From: Podarcis filfolensis
Lineage: Eukaryota
Reading direction: 5' to 3' (one strand)
Assembly (NCBI GenBank): GCA_964270895.1
Contig: OZ185437.1
Length of the DNA stretch: 64,000 nucleotides
In this document: positions 11,269 through 24,790 of the stretch, piece by piece
How positions within the stretch are numbered: the stretch's first letter is position 1
How the letters are laid out: every line of letters starts with the position of its first letter
The notes under the pieces: generated by a model
Seen by the model: the letters and a program-made list of their open reading frames with translations, nothing else
Databases searched by the model: none
What the model was told of the DNA's origin: nothing
Made by a program: the position numbers and the translations under genes

Positions 11269-13609
11269 GCAGTTTCTGGCAACGAGTATTCAGAAGCATT
11301 CCTACCCCCAGCCATGGAGTCAGAGTATTTATCATTGCCAGCATCATTGATAAGAATTATCCTCCATGAATTTGTTGAATCCTCTTTTAAAGCGATCCAA
11401 GTAGGTAACCATCACATACTTCCTCCATTTCTTAGCTGGGTATCACCTACAGAGTAGTAATGCAAAAAAATATGTTTTGGCTATAACAATGGCATCTTAG
11501 AAAAGGAGGGGATTAAGTACAAGAGAGCCAAAGCTTACATTATTCTTCAGTGCAGTTCATAGGATATCTTTCACCTTATAGAATGTTATTGTCTCATTAC
11601 TGCAACATCTAAATCTGAATGCTCCTCCTCATTGAAAATCTATTTATTTGCTCAAGGGACTCTGGAGAAGGCAGAAAATGTTGTATGAATATGGAATCGA
11701 GCATAAAGTAGGCACGCTTTTGTGGACAAATATTTTATTGAAAATTATTAAAATAGGGAAAGCTGGAAATGCTTCTGAATTGAAGGCACTGGGGGATGGC
11801 GTTTCTTTTTTTCAATTTGTAAGGCATAATTGTCTTCAGTTTAAAGACACACACACATATCAGAGTTACAAAAGCAATTAATTACTTTAAGGATGCAATT
11901 CGGTACACACTTATCTGGGGCTAAACCCCATTGAACACAGTAGGATTTAGTTCTGAGTAAACGTGCATAGGGATGTGTTGTGAGTTGACTGTGACTATCT
12001 GTAATGAATAAAGAAAAAGGCTTCATCTGTATGAAGCATCAGTAAACATTGCTCAGCCATAGTTTTCCAAATAAACATTGCTTCTAGACACTGAATTGCC
12101 TGTCTGATAAAATGTATGTCCAGTGATTAGAAACTCTCAGTTACTCATATTCTTTGGATATTTTACTAATATGTCAACACAAAACTGCCAGACCTTCCAT
12201 TTGGACAGTGCAGCACTCACAGCTGGAAGCATAGGGGGAAATTTCCACAAAAATCTTCTAGTACTCGCCCCCCCCTCACAAAGCCAGCTGTTGGCTGAAC
12301 AGTTGGCTGCTGGTCCTACAATAGCCCCACCCCCTAAATCACATGGACAATTTGATATCTGTAACAGATGAAGCCATGGCTCAGTGGAGGCTGATCCATT
12401 AGATCAAGTGGGCACTGCCCCACCAACCTCGGTCTCCCCTCAGCCAGCCCCACCTGCCTGCCTTTTTACCTATATCCAGTATGGCCTGTCAGCTTCCTTC
12501 CCCTTAGTGTTTCCCTTGTAGAACTCTGGAAGGAGGAGAATGGGGACAAAACTGGAATTAACTGGTTCTGCTTCTCCCTGGTTCTACCTCTGCCTGAAAT
12601 TGGCTCTGGCTCTGCCTATTGTGGATCTCCCTGCCTTCTGCCCCACCAGTTCCAATGAGCCCCAGACACCATTGGACCTGTTGAGATTGGATCTGCAGTC
12701 ACACAAATTAACGGACAACTGCATATCTGAGGACAGTTTCATAAAATATATCCAGCCCGTGTGTGGAATGCTAGTCTATCTGGGGAAGCGATTGCATAGG
12801 TTAATGTAACAGGGGATCCAGGAGATTGCAGGTATGGCTAGAAGCATTTTTTCCTTATTATATTTGTTGCGAAATATCACAGAAGCAATCACAGAAGTTG
12901 ATGCTGGCCATATCCATGTTCATCCCAGCGACAATTTGTATTTGAATAACTGAGCTCATGCTGGAGGGAAGCCAGTACTGCTCAGATGTGCCTCTGCCTA
13001 AAATAAAACACTACAAGTAAATTATATATGGAATCCGGGTCCTATTAGCATAAAGTAATAATGTATTGATTTTGTAAAATTGATACTTGCTTTTTATGCC
13101 CGAGTGTGTTGCCATGAATGACTAAATGTAGCCCTGGACATTTTTTCAACTCATTTTTTAAAAAATTAAATAGAGCAGATTATATATGTATAGTAGAGTT
13201 CACCAATTACCTTTTATACTGCTCTGGATTTAGCATATTTCCACTCTGAATGGAATGATATAGCACCTGCTGACTTATATATGAGAGAGCTATCACATTT
13301 AATGACACTGAAGTTCATTGTTCGTTTCAAAGGTTAGAGTGCAGCTTCCCTATATGCCCAAAATGAAACTCGGTGAATAATTTATGATAGCTTCCACAAT
13401 GGATTCCTTGCAGTAAGCATGCTTCACTGCTCATTATTTGTTGATGAGATCCTTAATATAACCAGGAGAATCACTGCATGCCCCATTGACTGTTTGAATG
13501 TAGAAAATAGCACTATGCACAAATATCTGCCTCCAAGGAACTCTGGGTCACATAAAGGGATCTCTCGTTTTTTTGTTACAACCACCCCATGAAGTAGTTT
13601 AGGCTGAGA

Positions 13610-13878
13610 CAGTGGCATACAAAGGGGGCAGGGCGGGGGCGCGCCCCGGGGGGGGAGGTGTGACAAGATGGGCTGCTGCCTCCCCCCAGCTGTGGAGCGG
13701 TGAAGGGCGCGTGCGCAGTCAGTATGGGCACCACTTGCGGCATCTGTACGGGCTGCCACTTGCGCACGGCGTCTGTACAGGCATCTGTACAGGCTGTGCA
13801 GTCTGGTCGGGCTGTCGGGCGGTTCGCCCCGTGCCTTGGCATACCGCCCAGGTGACGGAGAGGGTTCCTCCGCCACTG
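13610..13878. mobile_element. hAT-superfamily MITE with 8-bp TSD
   Basis: Termini CAGTGGC...GCCACTG; exact flanking duplication GGCTGAGA at 13602-13609 and 13879-13886. Confidence 0.9.
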
Positions 13879-14701
13879 GGCTGAGAGATAAATCTGGAAA
13901 TCCATAAGTACAAAACATGGTGGTGGGGGTGAACAAGTGTGCTGGCTTTGACCCTCTAACCCCATTGTCTGGAGCCTTGGAGCCTTCCCTACTTGTAGAC
14001 GCCTCCAGCATGGTGTAGAAGCAGGTACTCTACCTCAATCACTTTCCCATCTAGCAGAGGTTGACAGAGGCCCCATCCATCTCATCCATTATATTTCTAG
14101 ATTTCCAGAATGCCTGCATAGCGATTGGTGCAATGAGCTTCGTATATGGTAGGGGTATGAAGTCAGGTCTCCCTGGTTCAATTCCAGCATATATGGCCCT
14201 GATCCTGTGCCATGGCGTATGTGTGTGTGTATGTATATATGTATATATATTGCACAAGGACTAATGGCATGATTAACCTGAGGTCCAGTATGGCTCTAAT
14301 TTGATTTGAGTCATTAGTAACAGATTAAAATGTTTATTTGCAAGTGGACTTCAAGAAGGAACTTCTCTTGAGAAAGTGAGTTCCGTACTTAGGAGGTAAA
14401 CAAAGGCTGGAAAAAATGTATTTAAGAATCTGTGACAATAAATGATTACACACACACACTGTCCTCGCCTCCCACCAAGTGTAAGTTTGTTGGCTATAAG
14501 TAATCTTGCATTCCTTGTGTAAGGGCAGGGTTGAGACTAACAGATAGTCAGGGAAAGTACTCTTTGTGTATACCTAAGCTGCTCCCCTTTCTCCTGCTCG
14601 CTCACTCTCTTCCCTCTCCTGCTGCATGAGGAAGCCATGAAACTACCTCTCACAATGTGAAGATGAAGTCATTGTACACAACTCCTTTTCCAATGGGACT
14701 C

Positions 14702-15135
14702 TGTCAGGGAACTGCCATCGGAGCCAGAGGTGGAGGGAAGGCTCCAGAGGGATGCCGGAGAGGGTCCCAGTAGGGAGAGAGGCAGCCCATCTGCTGGGGA
14801 AGGAAATCAGCGTAGCACCAGTGGAGAAGGGGGGCAGAAGGGGGAATCGGCGAGGGGGCTCCAGGACTCCTCGCCGGAGACCAGCGGGGAGAGCACGGGT
14901 CCTCCGCTGCCCACACCCTCCCTGCGCAGAAGACTTCCGTGCAGGGAGAGTAGGAGGAGACTAGGCATCAAAGAACTTCTTTGCTGGAAGAAGTTCAAGA
15001 AACGCCCACTGACGGATTCTGCCAGCGATTGAGACAGCCACGGGTGAGAGGCTGTCCAGACAGAAAGGGTTCACCCAGGTAACCTAGCCAGGAGTGGCGA
15101 CAACTTACGCACGAGCAACCCCTAGAACCATTACA
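14702..15135. mobile_element. Solo LTR (434 bp) with 5-bp TSD
   Basis: Starts TGTCAGG, ends CATTACA; GACTC duplicated at 14697-14701 and 15136-15140; no internal retroelement sequence. Confidence 0.85.
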
Positions 15136-15227
15136 GACTCCTATGTACATTTTGCCCCTTTAAGCAATGCTAGTGATGTGTGAATGAAACAGACAATAGG
15201 TGGTGGGTTAGCTCCAGCTTCCAAGTT

Positions 15228-15622
15228 NNNNNNNNNNNNNNNNNNNNNNNNNNNNNNNNNNNNNNNNNNNNNNNNNNNNNNNNNNNNNNNNNNNNNNNNN
15301 NNNNNNNNNNNNNNNNNNNNNNNNNNNNNNNNNNNNNNNNNNNNNNNNNNNNNNNNNNNNNNNNNNNNNNNNNNNNNNNNNNNNNNNNNNNNNNNNNNNN
15401 NNNNNNNNNNNNNNNNNNNNNNNNNNNNNNNNNNNNNNNNNNNNNNNNNNNNNNNNNNNNNNNNNNNNNNNNNNNNNNNNNNNNNNNNNNNNNNNNNNNN
15501 NNNNNNNNNNNNNNNNNNNNNNNNNNNNNNNNNNNNNNNNNNNNNNNNNNNNNNNNNNNNNNNNNNNNNNNNNNNNNNNNNNNNNNNNNNNNNNNNNNNN
15601 NNNNNNNNNNNNNNNNNNNNNN
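15228..15622. other. Assembly gap (395 N)
   Basis: Run of N. Confidence 1.
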
Positions 15623-16917
15623 AATTTTGTTTTTATGTGACCACATAAACAGATGAAAAACATTATTCTGCATGCGTAAGGGTTCCCTGGATTGGGCAGC
15701 CTTTCAGAATTGTCTTGCTATAGGTCATGCCCGGAATAATCAGGCTAACACTTCTGTATAGTTCTAATGTTCCCACCACATCCATTTTTATAGACCTCGG
15801 TAAACTTTGTGTTGGAATATAAATTAAGATTTCAATTACTGCTATTTGCTTTCCTTGCTACCCAAGGTGCTCTTTGATGCAAAAATGTCTACTGCAGCAC
15901 AGAAAGCATGTAATCAGCTTTGACACAATGTTTATGTCCTCTTTTTTAATGAAGAGATTTTCCTACTTACTATGCATATTTTGCCCATTTTTACAAACAA
16001 AATTATCATAATGTGTTACATTAGTGCCCTGCTTTAAGATTCACTGCAATGGAAAGACTTGCTGTCCAAATGATGTTTCTTTTAGTTCTGTATCTGGCAA
16101 AGAATGGCTTTAATTCTGGGGGTGGGGAAAGCTGCATTAATAAAAGAGATGCAGAAGAACTCCAAGGGCACAAAGGCAGTTCACTGGGTGCAATTGTAGT
16201 TGACAAAGTAGCATGTTAATCAGAAGGAAAAACCCTTACACCATCTGTCTTTCCTGTGTAATTTCTTGTTTTCATTTGAAGCTTGAACCAAATATTAATG
16301 TACTCAGCATAGCAATGTTTATTTTAAATATGCATACAGTAGCAGCCAGCCGAGCTGTGCAGGTGAGGCTGCCTTGCTCTCCTGACTTCTCAACACTGCA
16401 TCACCTCTGGTTACAAGAGAGAGAAGGAATGGGGCAAGGCAGCAGGGAGCTTGGCACTGTGCAACCCTGGGGCAGAGCCAATCTGACACGGCCAGTGCTG
16501 TGCCTGCATCCCTGCTGAGCTGCTCTGCCCCTAACATTTCCTGGTACCCGGCAGTGATGCCTAGTTATGATAAGTCAGGAGAGCAACACAGCCCTCTACA
16601 CAGCCCACAGTAGCTCTGCTGGCTACTGCTGTACGCATATTATACCTGTCTAATTCTTCAGGCAAAAAAATATTTATTCACATTAGCAAAGATCAAATGA
16701 CTGAGTTGTTTTGGACACATCTATTCATATTGAACCCTGTGGCACCATCATCAACACTAGTATTATTTTAGTTTGACTTGCACACCACCACATAATTCTT
16801 AAAGGTATTGCTTTTCTTTAATGTTCCACTTAATACCAACATAGGCTTAGTCGAAAGATCCAAGCTGCAGCCTTTATGATACCAGATCTCAAGTAACCTT
16901 TAGGCACACTTGCCCTT

Positions 16918-17469
16918 TATGCTCTAGTTATCTCCTGCTTGGACTACTGCAATGTGCTGTATGTGGGGCTACCTTTGAAGGTGACCCGGAAACTGCAATT
17001 AATCCAGAATGCGGCAGCTAGACTGGTGACTGGGAGCGGCCGCCGAGACCACATAACACCGGTCCTGAGAGATCTGCATTGGCTCCTAGTATGTTTCCGA
17101 GCACAATTCAAAGTGTTGGTGCTGACCTTTAAAGCCCTAAACGGCCTCGGTCCTGTATACCTGAAGGAGCGTCTCCACCCCCATCGTTCAGCCCGGACAC
17201 TGAGATCCAGTGCCAAGGGCCTTCTGGTGGTCCCTCACTGTGAGAAGTGAGGTTACAGGGAACCGGACAAGAGGGCCTTCTCGGTAGTGGCGCCCGACCT
17301 GTGGAACGCCCTCACTTCAGATGTGAAGGAAATACGCAGTTATCTTGAATAAGGCAGCTCTGTTTAGGGAAGTTTTTAATATTTAATGCTGTGTTGTTTT
17401 AACACTCAATTGGGAGCCACCCAGAGTGGCTGAGGAAACTCAGCCAGATGGGCAGGGTATAAATAATAA

Positions 17470-17470
<1 letters not shown>
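16918..17470 (+). mobile_element. L2 LINE 3' end
   Basis: LDYCNVLYVGLPLKVTRKLQLIQNAAARLVTG; same subfamily as 10478-11225; ends in GGGCAGGGTATAAATAATAA. Confidence 0.92.

Positions 17471-17526
<56 letters not shown>
17470..17526. repeat. (TAT)n microsatellite (L2 tail expansion)
   Basis: Direct reading. Confidence 0.95.
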
Positions 17527-17634
17527 GCAACAGCTGATGCCACAAATCTGGTAGCCTGGGGTTCTATAAGAGAGGAGTATCCTTGTTGGCTACCAACCAT
17601 GATAGCTGTGCTCTGAATACTGGTTGCTGGAGAA

Positions 17635-17772
17635 GTCAGGAGGGGAGAGTGCTCTTGGGCTGAAATCCTGCTTGTGAGTTTCCTACAGGCATCTGGTTGG
17701 CCACTGTGAGAACAGGTTGCTGGACTAGATCAGCCATTGGCCTGATCCAGCAGGCTCTTCTTGCATTCTTTA
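17635..17772 (-). mobile_element. CR1-type LINE 3' tail fragment
   Basis: Reverse complement of the 10341 motif. Confidence 0.65.
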
Positions 17773-19049
17773 GGTTCTGCTCTTCCCTCTGCTAAGGGCT
17801 TAAAAATTCACTTCACAAAGAATTGCAAAATACACAAAATGTAATTTTTACCATGTTCATGTAACTTGAGCTTCTCTCAATATTTTCCAGCTTTGATTTT
17901 TGGGCTGCAAATAGATAGGAGTGGTGAGATATGCAGGATCTGAAAATTTGAAGATGATGACACACATTCCAAACTGAATAATAACAACAGCAAGGCAAAT
18001 CGGGGAATGGAAATGAAAGAGAAAAACTGGAGGCTATGACAGAAGCTGTGTGGAGCTTTTGAATGTGCTAGCTGGAAAGAGAAATGGGAAGATCATTGGA
18101 CTGGAACAGTGAGTGACAAGGATGCAAAGGGAGTGCGAGGCAGAAAGCAGCACTAGTGTGTGCATTATTCAGGTGAGGAGCAGCAAGTATAATAAGTATA
18201 GAGGATGTTAGGGGCACAAAGTCTGCATATTGGTTTCCTTTTCCATCACCACAGTGTGATGGGGGAAGATGTTTCATAAGCTGAGCAGCTAAAATTGAGA
18301 GTGAGTTTAGAGATGTTGCCAACAATCCATTAATTAATTGATTAGCTACAGCTGTTGATAATTAGAAAATTCTGGGTGTGCTGAAGGAATATAAGTGAAA
18401 GATAATGGCACTGGGGTATCATCTATTCAGTGATCTCATTATATTCCTATTCACATTGCACTTTTATTGGAAAGGCAACAAAGAATAGCCCTGAAGGATT
18501 TTTAGTATATGCCATTCTAATTTTATGTACCTTTTGATTTTCATTCTAGAAATGTGCAAAGTTGTCTGTAGCCATTTCTTTTTAGTTTTGACAAAATTGT
18601 TAATTTTTTTTTTAACTTAGGGGACCAGCCCACTAGTCTATGAGTAACATTTTTTTCCACTGAACTGTAATTTGATGAAAATGAAAATGAACTAGAAAAG
18701 AAGTAGTACATGTCCCCAAGGTTATCTAGAAAGGCCTTTGAAACGTATATTTTTGGTAACTCTGAGGATTGATTTTGCATAAGTTTCATCTATGTTTCCC
18801 CTAGGAAAGTATTTGATAAGTGTACACAAATCTTCATGCCCTCTACATTTGGGCATGAACTATTTTTCATTCCTATGTATGACTGCATTGGATTCTGATA
18901 ATATTATAGTTATAAAGGTGATCGGAATAGCCATATTCAACAGACCCACATATTTCATCTAAATGTTTTCAAATTGTGAAAGGGGGACGGAAAAGTGTGT
19001 GTGAATAAGGTCTACCTGTGTAGAGTTTCAGGATTCCAGACCTCCCAAG

Positions 19050-20100
19050 AGCTCTCACACATCCATCCTGGTGGATCACCTGATGAGGTTTTTGGTGTTC
19101 TTAAGGACTAAAAGGAGAATGGCCAGTACAATGGCATCCTATCAGACCTATCCATCTTGGTGTTCAAGTCTTATGCTGGTGGCTTCATGGAATGTACTCC
19201 TGATTTTAGAGTCTGCAAGATGCTGGAAAGCAAAGCAGGGCAAGAAGCACCCTAGCCATAATTGACAAACACTGGATGTTACACTGAATGGTATTACAGA
19301 GCTATTATCAGAATTCAGCAGCTTACGTGTTCCTGGTTTTGATGAATTTATTCACATTATTCCTGTTTTGACCCAGTGAAGTCTTGCCCAACTCCAACAG
19401 TGATGCTTTCAGATGGGCTTTGTTGATTGGACACTGCCTTTTGTTCTAAGATTGCTGCTCAGATTACATTGCTGAGGTAAAAAGGGGTCAGAGGGGCATG
19501 GGATGAAAAGTCCAATTCCATAGCTGCCCATTCCCATGTTTATGCCTGTTTGCAGCCCTGAGGGTTTATGGCTAGCAGACTAGCAAGCTGGGTTATTTCT
19601 TTATCCCTGACACAATTTCAGTTCTGGGTTGTGCTCTGGAAAGCCTTTGGGACTAGAGCCAGTGGTTTATTACGGTTTACACACTTTCTGGATTGGGACA
19701 TCGGCTGATGCAACACTAATGCGCCTCATCAGCACACATACAGGCAACTGACAGGTGGTGATCTGCTGTGTTCAAAGCCTATGTTTGGTTGTAACATGCA
19801 GTTCAGGATCTCAATTAACTGCTTCCCTTTTCCTTTTTAATGGATCAGAGCCAGCTGCCAGACTTCATCCAGTGGACAGGTCTGGATCTGTTACATAGCA
19901 TTAACACATGATCTTTGTTGGATTAAGTGTAATTTGCCCAATTTGCTTTTCTCGTCACCTGAGCTCTTGGACTGTAGAACATGGAGGCAGGGCAGTTCAC
20001 CTCAATAAGGATAAGGTGAGGCACTGGGGAAATAGGATGCTCAAGCATTATTATTATTTTGGAAATAGGATGGGCCTACATACTCCATGGCAGGATATGA
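19050..20100 (+). mobile_element. Highly decayed CR1-like LINE RT remnants (discontinuous)
   Basis: Broken peptides LRVPGFDEFIH..VL (compare SPGPDGIHPRVL) near 19320-19370 and LNKDKVRHWG..KHYY (compare FNKDKCKVLHLG) near 20000-20060. Confidence 0.4.
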
Positions 20101-20883
20101 TATGATTGTCCTCATTTGTTTAGAGATGATGAGGTGCATCTTTCACTCAAGGGATGTGACATATTCTTGGAGGACCTGCAGAAAGAATGCTTTTAACCTC
20201 TTTCCTGGGGGAAGCGAACAAGCTGGAGCAGATCACCTCCTATGGCATTGAGTCTGAGCAGGTGAAGAAGTTGAGAGAAACTTTAGAGATACCGAGACAT
20301 TATTGGGTTAGTGACACGCTTTGGGATCCACCAGTGCATTGTGCCTGGTGGGAAGGGTGTCCTTTAGATCTCACATGCTCTTTTGCTGGGGAACCACAGA
20401 CTGTGGCTGCATAATATACCCAGGGGTCTGGAAGGATACTTTGCTGCCAGAAGTACGTAGATAAAATTTTCACCTGTCCATACTTTCAGAATTTTGTTAA
20501 ACTGCTTAATTTGGCTTGCAGTTCCTCCAATGTTGTTATATTAACAAATACAGTCATTCCACCAATGTTTAACCTCCTGAGTCTTCTTTGCATGTATGGG
20601 GGGGGGGGTCTGTAGGAGAGGGTCTGTAGGAGAGTCACACAGTCTTATAGTATCCCTCCCTCAGTACTGCAGGTGTTAACATTTTTCTTCTGTTTGCAGG
20701 GATAAAAGGAAATGGAGCAGAGGTTATGGGAGAAGAGTGTTTGCATTAAGGGGACTGAAATCTCAGGCATTTTAATATTGTTGTTGCGTGTAATTTTTTC
20801 CTGCGCACATCATTTTACACTACAGTGGACCTTTCTAGCCAGAAGGCATGATGCTATTTTGTATTTCTCAAGAAAAAATGTTC

Positions 20884-21106
20884 AAGTACTTAATTCGTTC
20901 CGGAGGTCCGTTCTTAACCTGAAACTGTTCTTAACCTGAAGCACCACTTTAGCTAATGGGGCCTCCAGCTGCTGCCGCACCGCCGGAGCCCGATTTCTGT
21001 TCTCACCCTGAAGCAAAGTTCTTAACCTGAAGTACTATTTCTGGGTTAGCGGAGTCTGTAACCTGAAGCGTATGTAACCTGAAGTGTATGTAACCTGAGG
21101 TACCTG
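20884..21106. mobile_element. Tc1/mariner-type MITE, left end missing
   Basis: Same body as 43560-43801; ends GAGGTACCTG followed by TA. Confidence 0.85.
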
Positions 21107-21145
21107 TATATGAGAAACAAGGCTGAGATGCTCTGCCCTGCTTCT

Positions 21146-23934
21146 TTTTTTTAAAAAAAAAAGATATTTATTGAAGTTTTACAAACAAAAGAAAATTACA
21201 GAATAAAAAGAAAACAAGAGAAAGAAAAAGAGAAAAATACAAAAAATACAAAAATACATAAAAAAGATACAAAATACAGAAAAAAAATATATAGAAAAAA
21301 TTAAAAACAAATCAATTTTTTCATGTCTTAAATTTCGTTTGCTTATTTCCCTGACCTCATCACACCTCCCTTTTTTGTATTCCCATTCACATGGTTAGTT
21401 CAGCAAATCCTTACCCTCTTTCATTTATCTTAACTCTATATCTCAACATATTATAACTATATATTTTCATCCATTATCAATCCATTTTTACATATTCTTA
21501 TTGACCTTGTTACTAAGGCCGCTTAATTTCAATCCAACATCATTTTAACATTCATTAATTTTACAATGTTTCTGCAAATAGTCTTTAAATTTCTTCCAAT
21601 CTTCTTCCACCGACTCTTCTCCCTGGTCTCAGATTCTGCCAGTCATTTCCGCCAGTTCCATATAGTCCATCACCTTCATCTGCCACTCTTCCAGGGTGGG
21701 TAAATCTTGTGTCTTCCAATACTTTGCAATAAGTATTCTTGCTGCTGTTGTAGCATACATAAATAAAGTTCTATCCTTCTTTGGCACCAATTGGCCGACT
21801 ATGCCCAGGAGGAAGGCCTCTGGTTTCTTCAGGAAGGTATATTTAAATACCTTTTTCATTTCATTATAGATCATCTCCCAGAAAGCCTTAATCTTTGGGC
21901 ACGTCCACCAAAGGTGAAAGAATGTACCTTCGTTTTCTTTACATTTCCAACACTTATTATCGGGCAAATGATAGATCTTTGCAAGCTTGACTGGTGTCAT
22001 GTACCACCTGTATATCATTTTCATAATATTCTCTCTTAGGGCATTACATGCCGTAAATTTCATACCTGTGGTCCACAACTGTTCCCAGTCAGCAAACATA
22101 ATGTTATGTCCAACATCTTGTGCCCATTTAATCATAGCCGATTTAACCGTTTCATCCTGAGTATTCCATTTCAACAGCAAGTTATACATTCTTGAAAGTA
22201 TCTTTGTTTTGGGATCTAACAGTTCTGTTTCCAATTTTGATTTTTCCACCTGGAAGCCTATTTTTTTGTCCAAATTATAAGCCTCCCTTATTTGATAATA
22301 GTGAAGCCAGTCTCGCACTTTATCTTTTAATTTCTCAAAATGCTGCAATTTCAGTTTGTCTCCTTCTTGTTCCAAAATTTCCCAATATTTCGGCCATTTG
22401 GCCTCCATATTGAGCTTTTTCTGAGCCTTTGCTTCCATCGGTGACAACCACCTTGGGGTTTTATTTTCAAGTAAGTCCTTATATCTTATCCAGACATTAA
22501 ACAATGCTCTTCTGACAATGTGGTTTTTAAATGCTTTATGTGCTTTAACCTTGTCATACCACAAATATGCATGCCACCCAAAAACGTTATTAAAACCTTC
22601 TAAATCCAAGATGTCTGTGTTCTCAAGAAGCAGCCATTCTTTCAACCAGCAAAATGCTGCTGATTCATAATAAAGTTTAAGGTCTGGCAGGGCAAATCCA
22701 CCTCTGTCCTTTACATCAGTTAATATTTTAAATTTTATTCTGGGCTTTTTGCCCTGCCAGACAAATCTAGAAATGTCTCTCTGCCACTTCTTGAAACAGT
22801 CCATTTTGTCCAAAATTTGCAATGATTGAAACAAAAATAACATTCTTGGCAATACATTCATTTTTATCACAGCAATTCGGCCTAACAAGGAAAGCTTCAA
22901 GTTTGACCATATCTCTAGATCCTTTTTCCACTTCTGACCAACATTTCTCATAATTGTCTTTAAATAGGTTTAAGTTCTTGGCAGTCATATTAACCCTCAG
23001 GTATTTTACTTTCTTAACCAATGTTAAACCTGTCTCCTTCTGAAACCTCTCTTTCTCAATCGGTGTTAAGTTTTTCTCAAGAACTTTAGTTTTTAACTTG
23101 TTCAGCTTAAATCCTGCCACATGACCAAATTATTGAATCAGTTCTAATACTCTTTTAGTACTAGATTCTGGCTCCTGTAACGTCAGTACTAAGTCATCTG
23201 CAAAGGCTTTCAATTTGTACTGTTTAGCTCCGACCTGTATACCTTTAATCAGAAGGTCCCTTCTGATCATATTTAGCAGAACCTCCAGGACCGAAATAAA
23301 AAGCAATGGGGAAATTGGGCAGCCTTGTCGTGTCCCTTTCTCTATCTTAAATTCCTCTGTTACCACGTTGTTAACTATTAGTTTAGCCTTTTGTTCTGAA
23401 TAAATTGCACTTATACCATTTTCAAACCCTTGACCAACCCCCATCCCCTGAAGATTTTTCTTCATGAAACTTCAAGAAATATTATCAAAGGCTTTCTCCG
23501 CATCTACAAAGATTAAGACTGCTTTAGTATTAATGTTCACTTGCAACTTCTCCAAAATATTGATTATATTCCTCGTGTTATCAGACAAGTGTCTACCCGG
23601 GAGAAAGCCAGCTTGGTCTTTATGTATCTCCTCCACTAATACTTTTTTTTAACCTTTTAACCAAAATATCTGCAAAAATTTTGTAATCCACATTAAGCAG
23701 GGATATGGGGCGGTAGTTCTTAAGTTGTGTCTTTTCAGACTCATTTTTCGGTATGTGTAATATAGGCTTCTTTCCACGACTCTGGCGCTTTTTTCCCCTC
23801 CAAAATTTCATTACAAACCTCCTTTAGTGGTTGAATTATCCAATCCTTCAAGGATCTATAGTATTTTGAGGTTAAACCATCCGGTCCTGGAGATTTGCCC
23901 AACTGCATATTCTGGATGGCACCTTCCACCTTCT
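21146..23934 (-). mobile_element. L1-clade LINE, 5'-truncated, with 17-bp TSD
   Basis: TGCTCTGCCCTGCTTCT at 21129-21145 and 23935-23951; AATAAA and a short A-tail near 21146-21175; ORF2 motifs listed in the next feature. Confidence 0.95.
21629..23930 (-). pseudogene. L1 ORF2 reverse transcriptase plus C-terminal Cys-rich domain, broken by a few frameshifts or stops
   Basis: GKSPGPDG, NYRPISLLNVDYKIF, GTRQGCPISPLLF, AFADD and KYLRV, then a 440-aa open segment ending CWKC...HLWWTCPKI. Confidence 0.93.
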
Positions 23935-24644
23935 TGCTCTGCCCTGCTTCTGACATTACATATGTCTGAGGCACTGAAGAGGGGAAACCAATTGTATAGA
24001 GCTCTCTTCATGTAGGTGTCGCTGTCCACAAAAGCCTGAAAAAGCCTGTGTGATTGGAGTTCCAGACTGGGCAGAAGTTTAAGCGTGAAGGTTTTTCACT
24101 CCAACTCTCGTTGCCTGTTTCATAACCAGTTCCCAGTACACAGGTGTTGCGTTACAAAGGAGTGGAGGAGAATCTAAAGTGCTGAGATAGTAAATCTGCT
24201 CACTAGATATGACTAAAGTGCCACACTTTCAAGCCCTTTAGAACTCTTCATCAGGCAGGGCATTAAGCAAGATGGAGGCAGCTGCAAAGGGATCTGGAAG
24301 CACTGTTGTCTGCCAGGCCCCACATCTCTGGTTTATACAGTAACTATTCAGAGCTGCATTGCAGGTGTTTGCAGACACAGCTAGATTAGCATCTCAAAGT
24401 GTAAATCGAGATGTAAGCTGCACCTAGACTTATCAATTTTTTTTAAAGGGAAAGAGCATGTATTTCCCAATTTTTCAGACTAAAAAAAGCTAGTAATTAC
24501 TCATTTATGCCTTCATACAGCTGCCTTTGCTTTAAATATGACGGCTGGTCCACATGTCCGCTTGTCCAATGGCTAGAAAATATGGGTCTGAGCACTTTCC
24601 CACTTGGCCCATGCTGTCTAGGCCCAGGTCCAATAGGTTTTGCC

Positions 24645-24790
24645 TTTGCCCCACTGCTTTCCCTCGGGAAAACCCACCCTCTAGCACTAACTGGGGGGGG
24701 GGGACCAGCAATCCACGGGAAACCCAATTTCTCTTTGTTCTGATTCAGCACTAAACCATGGGTTTCCCCAGGGGAAAGTGGCAGGGGAAA
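24645..24790. repeat. Imperfect inverted repeat (probable MITE relic)
   Basis: Arms CCCCACTGCTTTCCCTCGGGAAAACCCA (within 24645-24676) and TGGGTTTCCCCAGGGGAAAGTGGCAGGGG (within 24759-24790). Confidence 0.65.

Noticed and set aside
13424-14011. 195-aa and 129-aa ORFs
   Set aside because: They span the GC-rich hAT MITE; low stop frequency in GC-rich DNA explains them, and there are no known motifs.
14704-15032. Several overlapping ORFs
   Set aside because: All lie within the GC-rich solo LTR.
15170-15673. Four long ORFs of 151-167 aa
   Set aside because: Artefacts of translating through the N gap.
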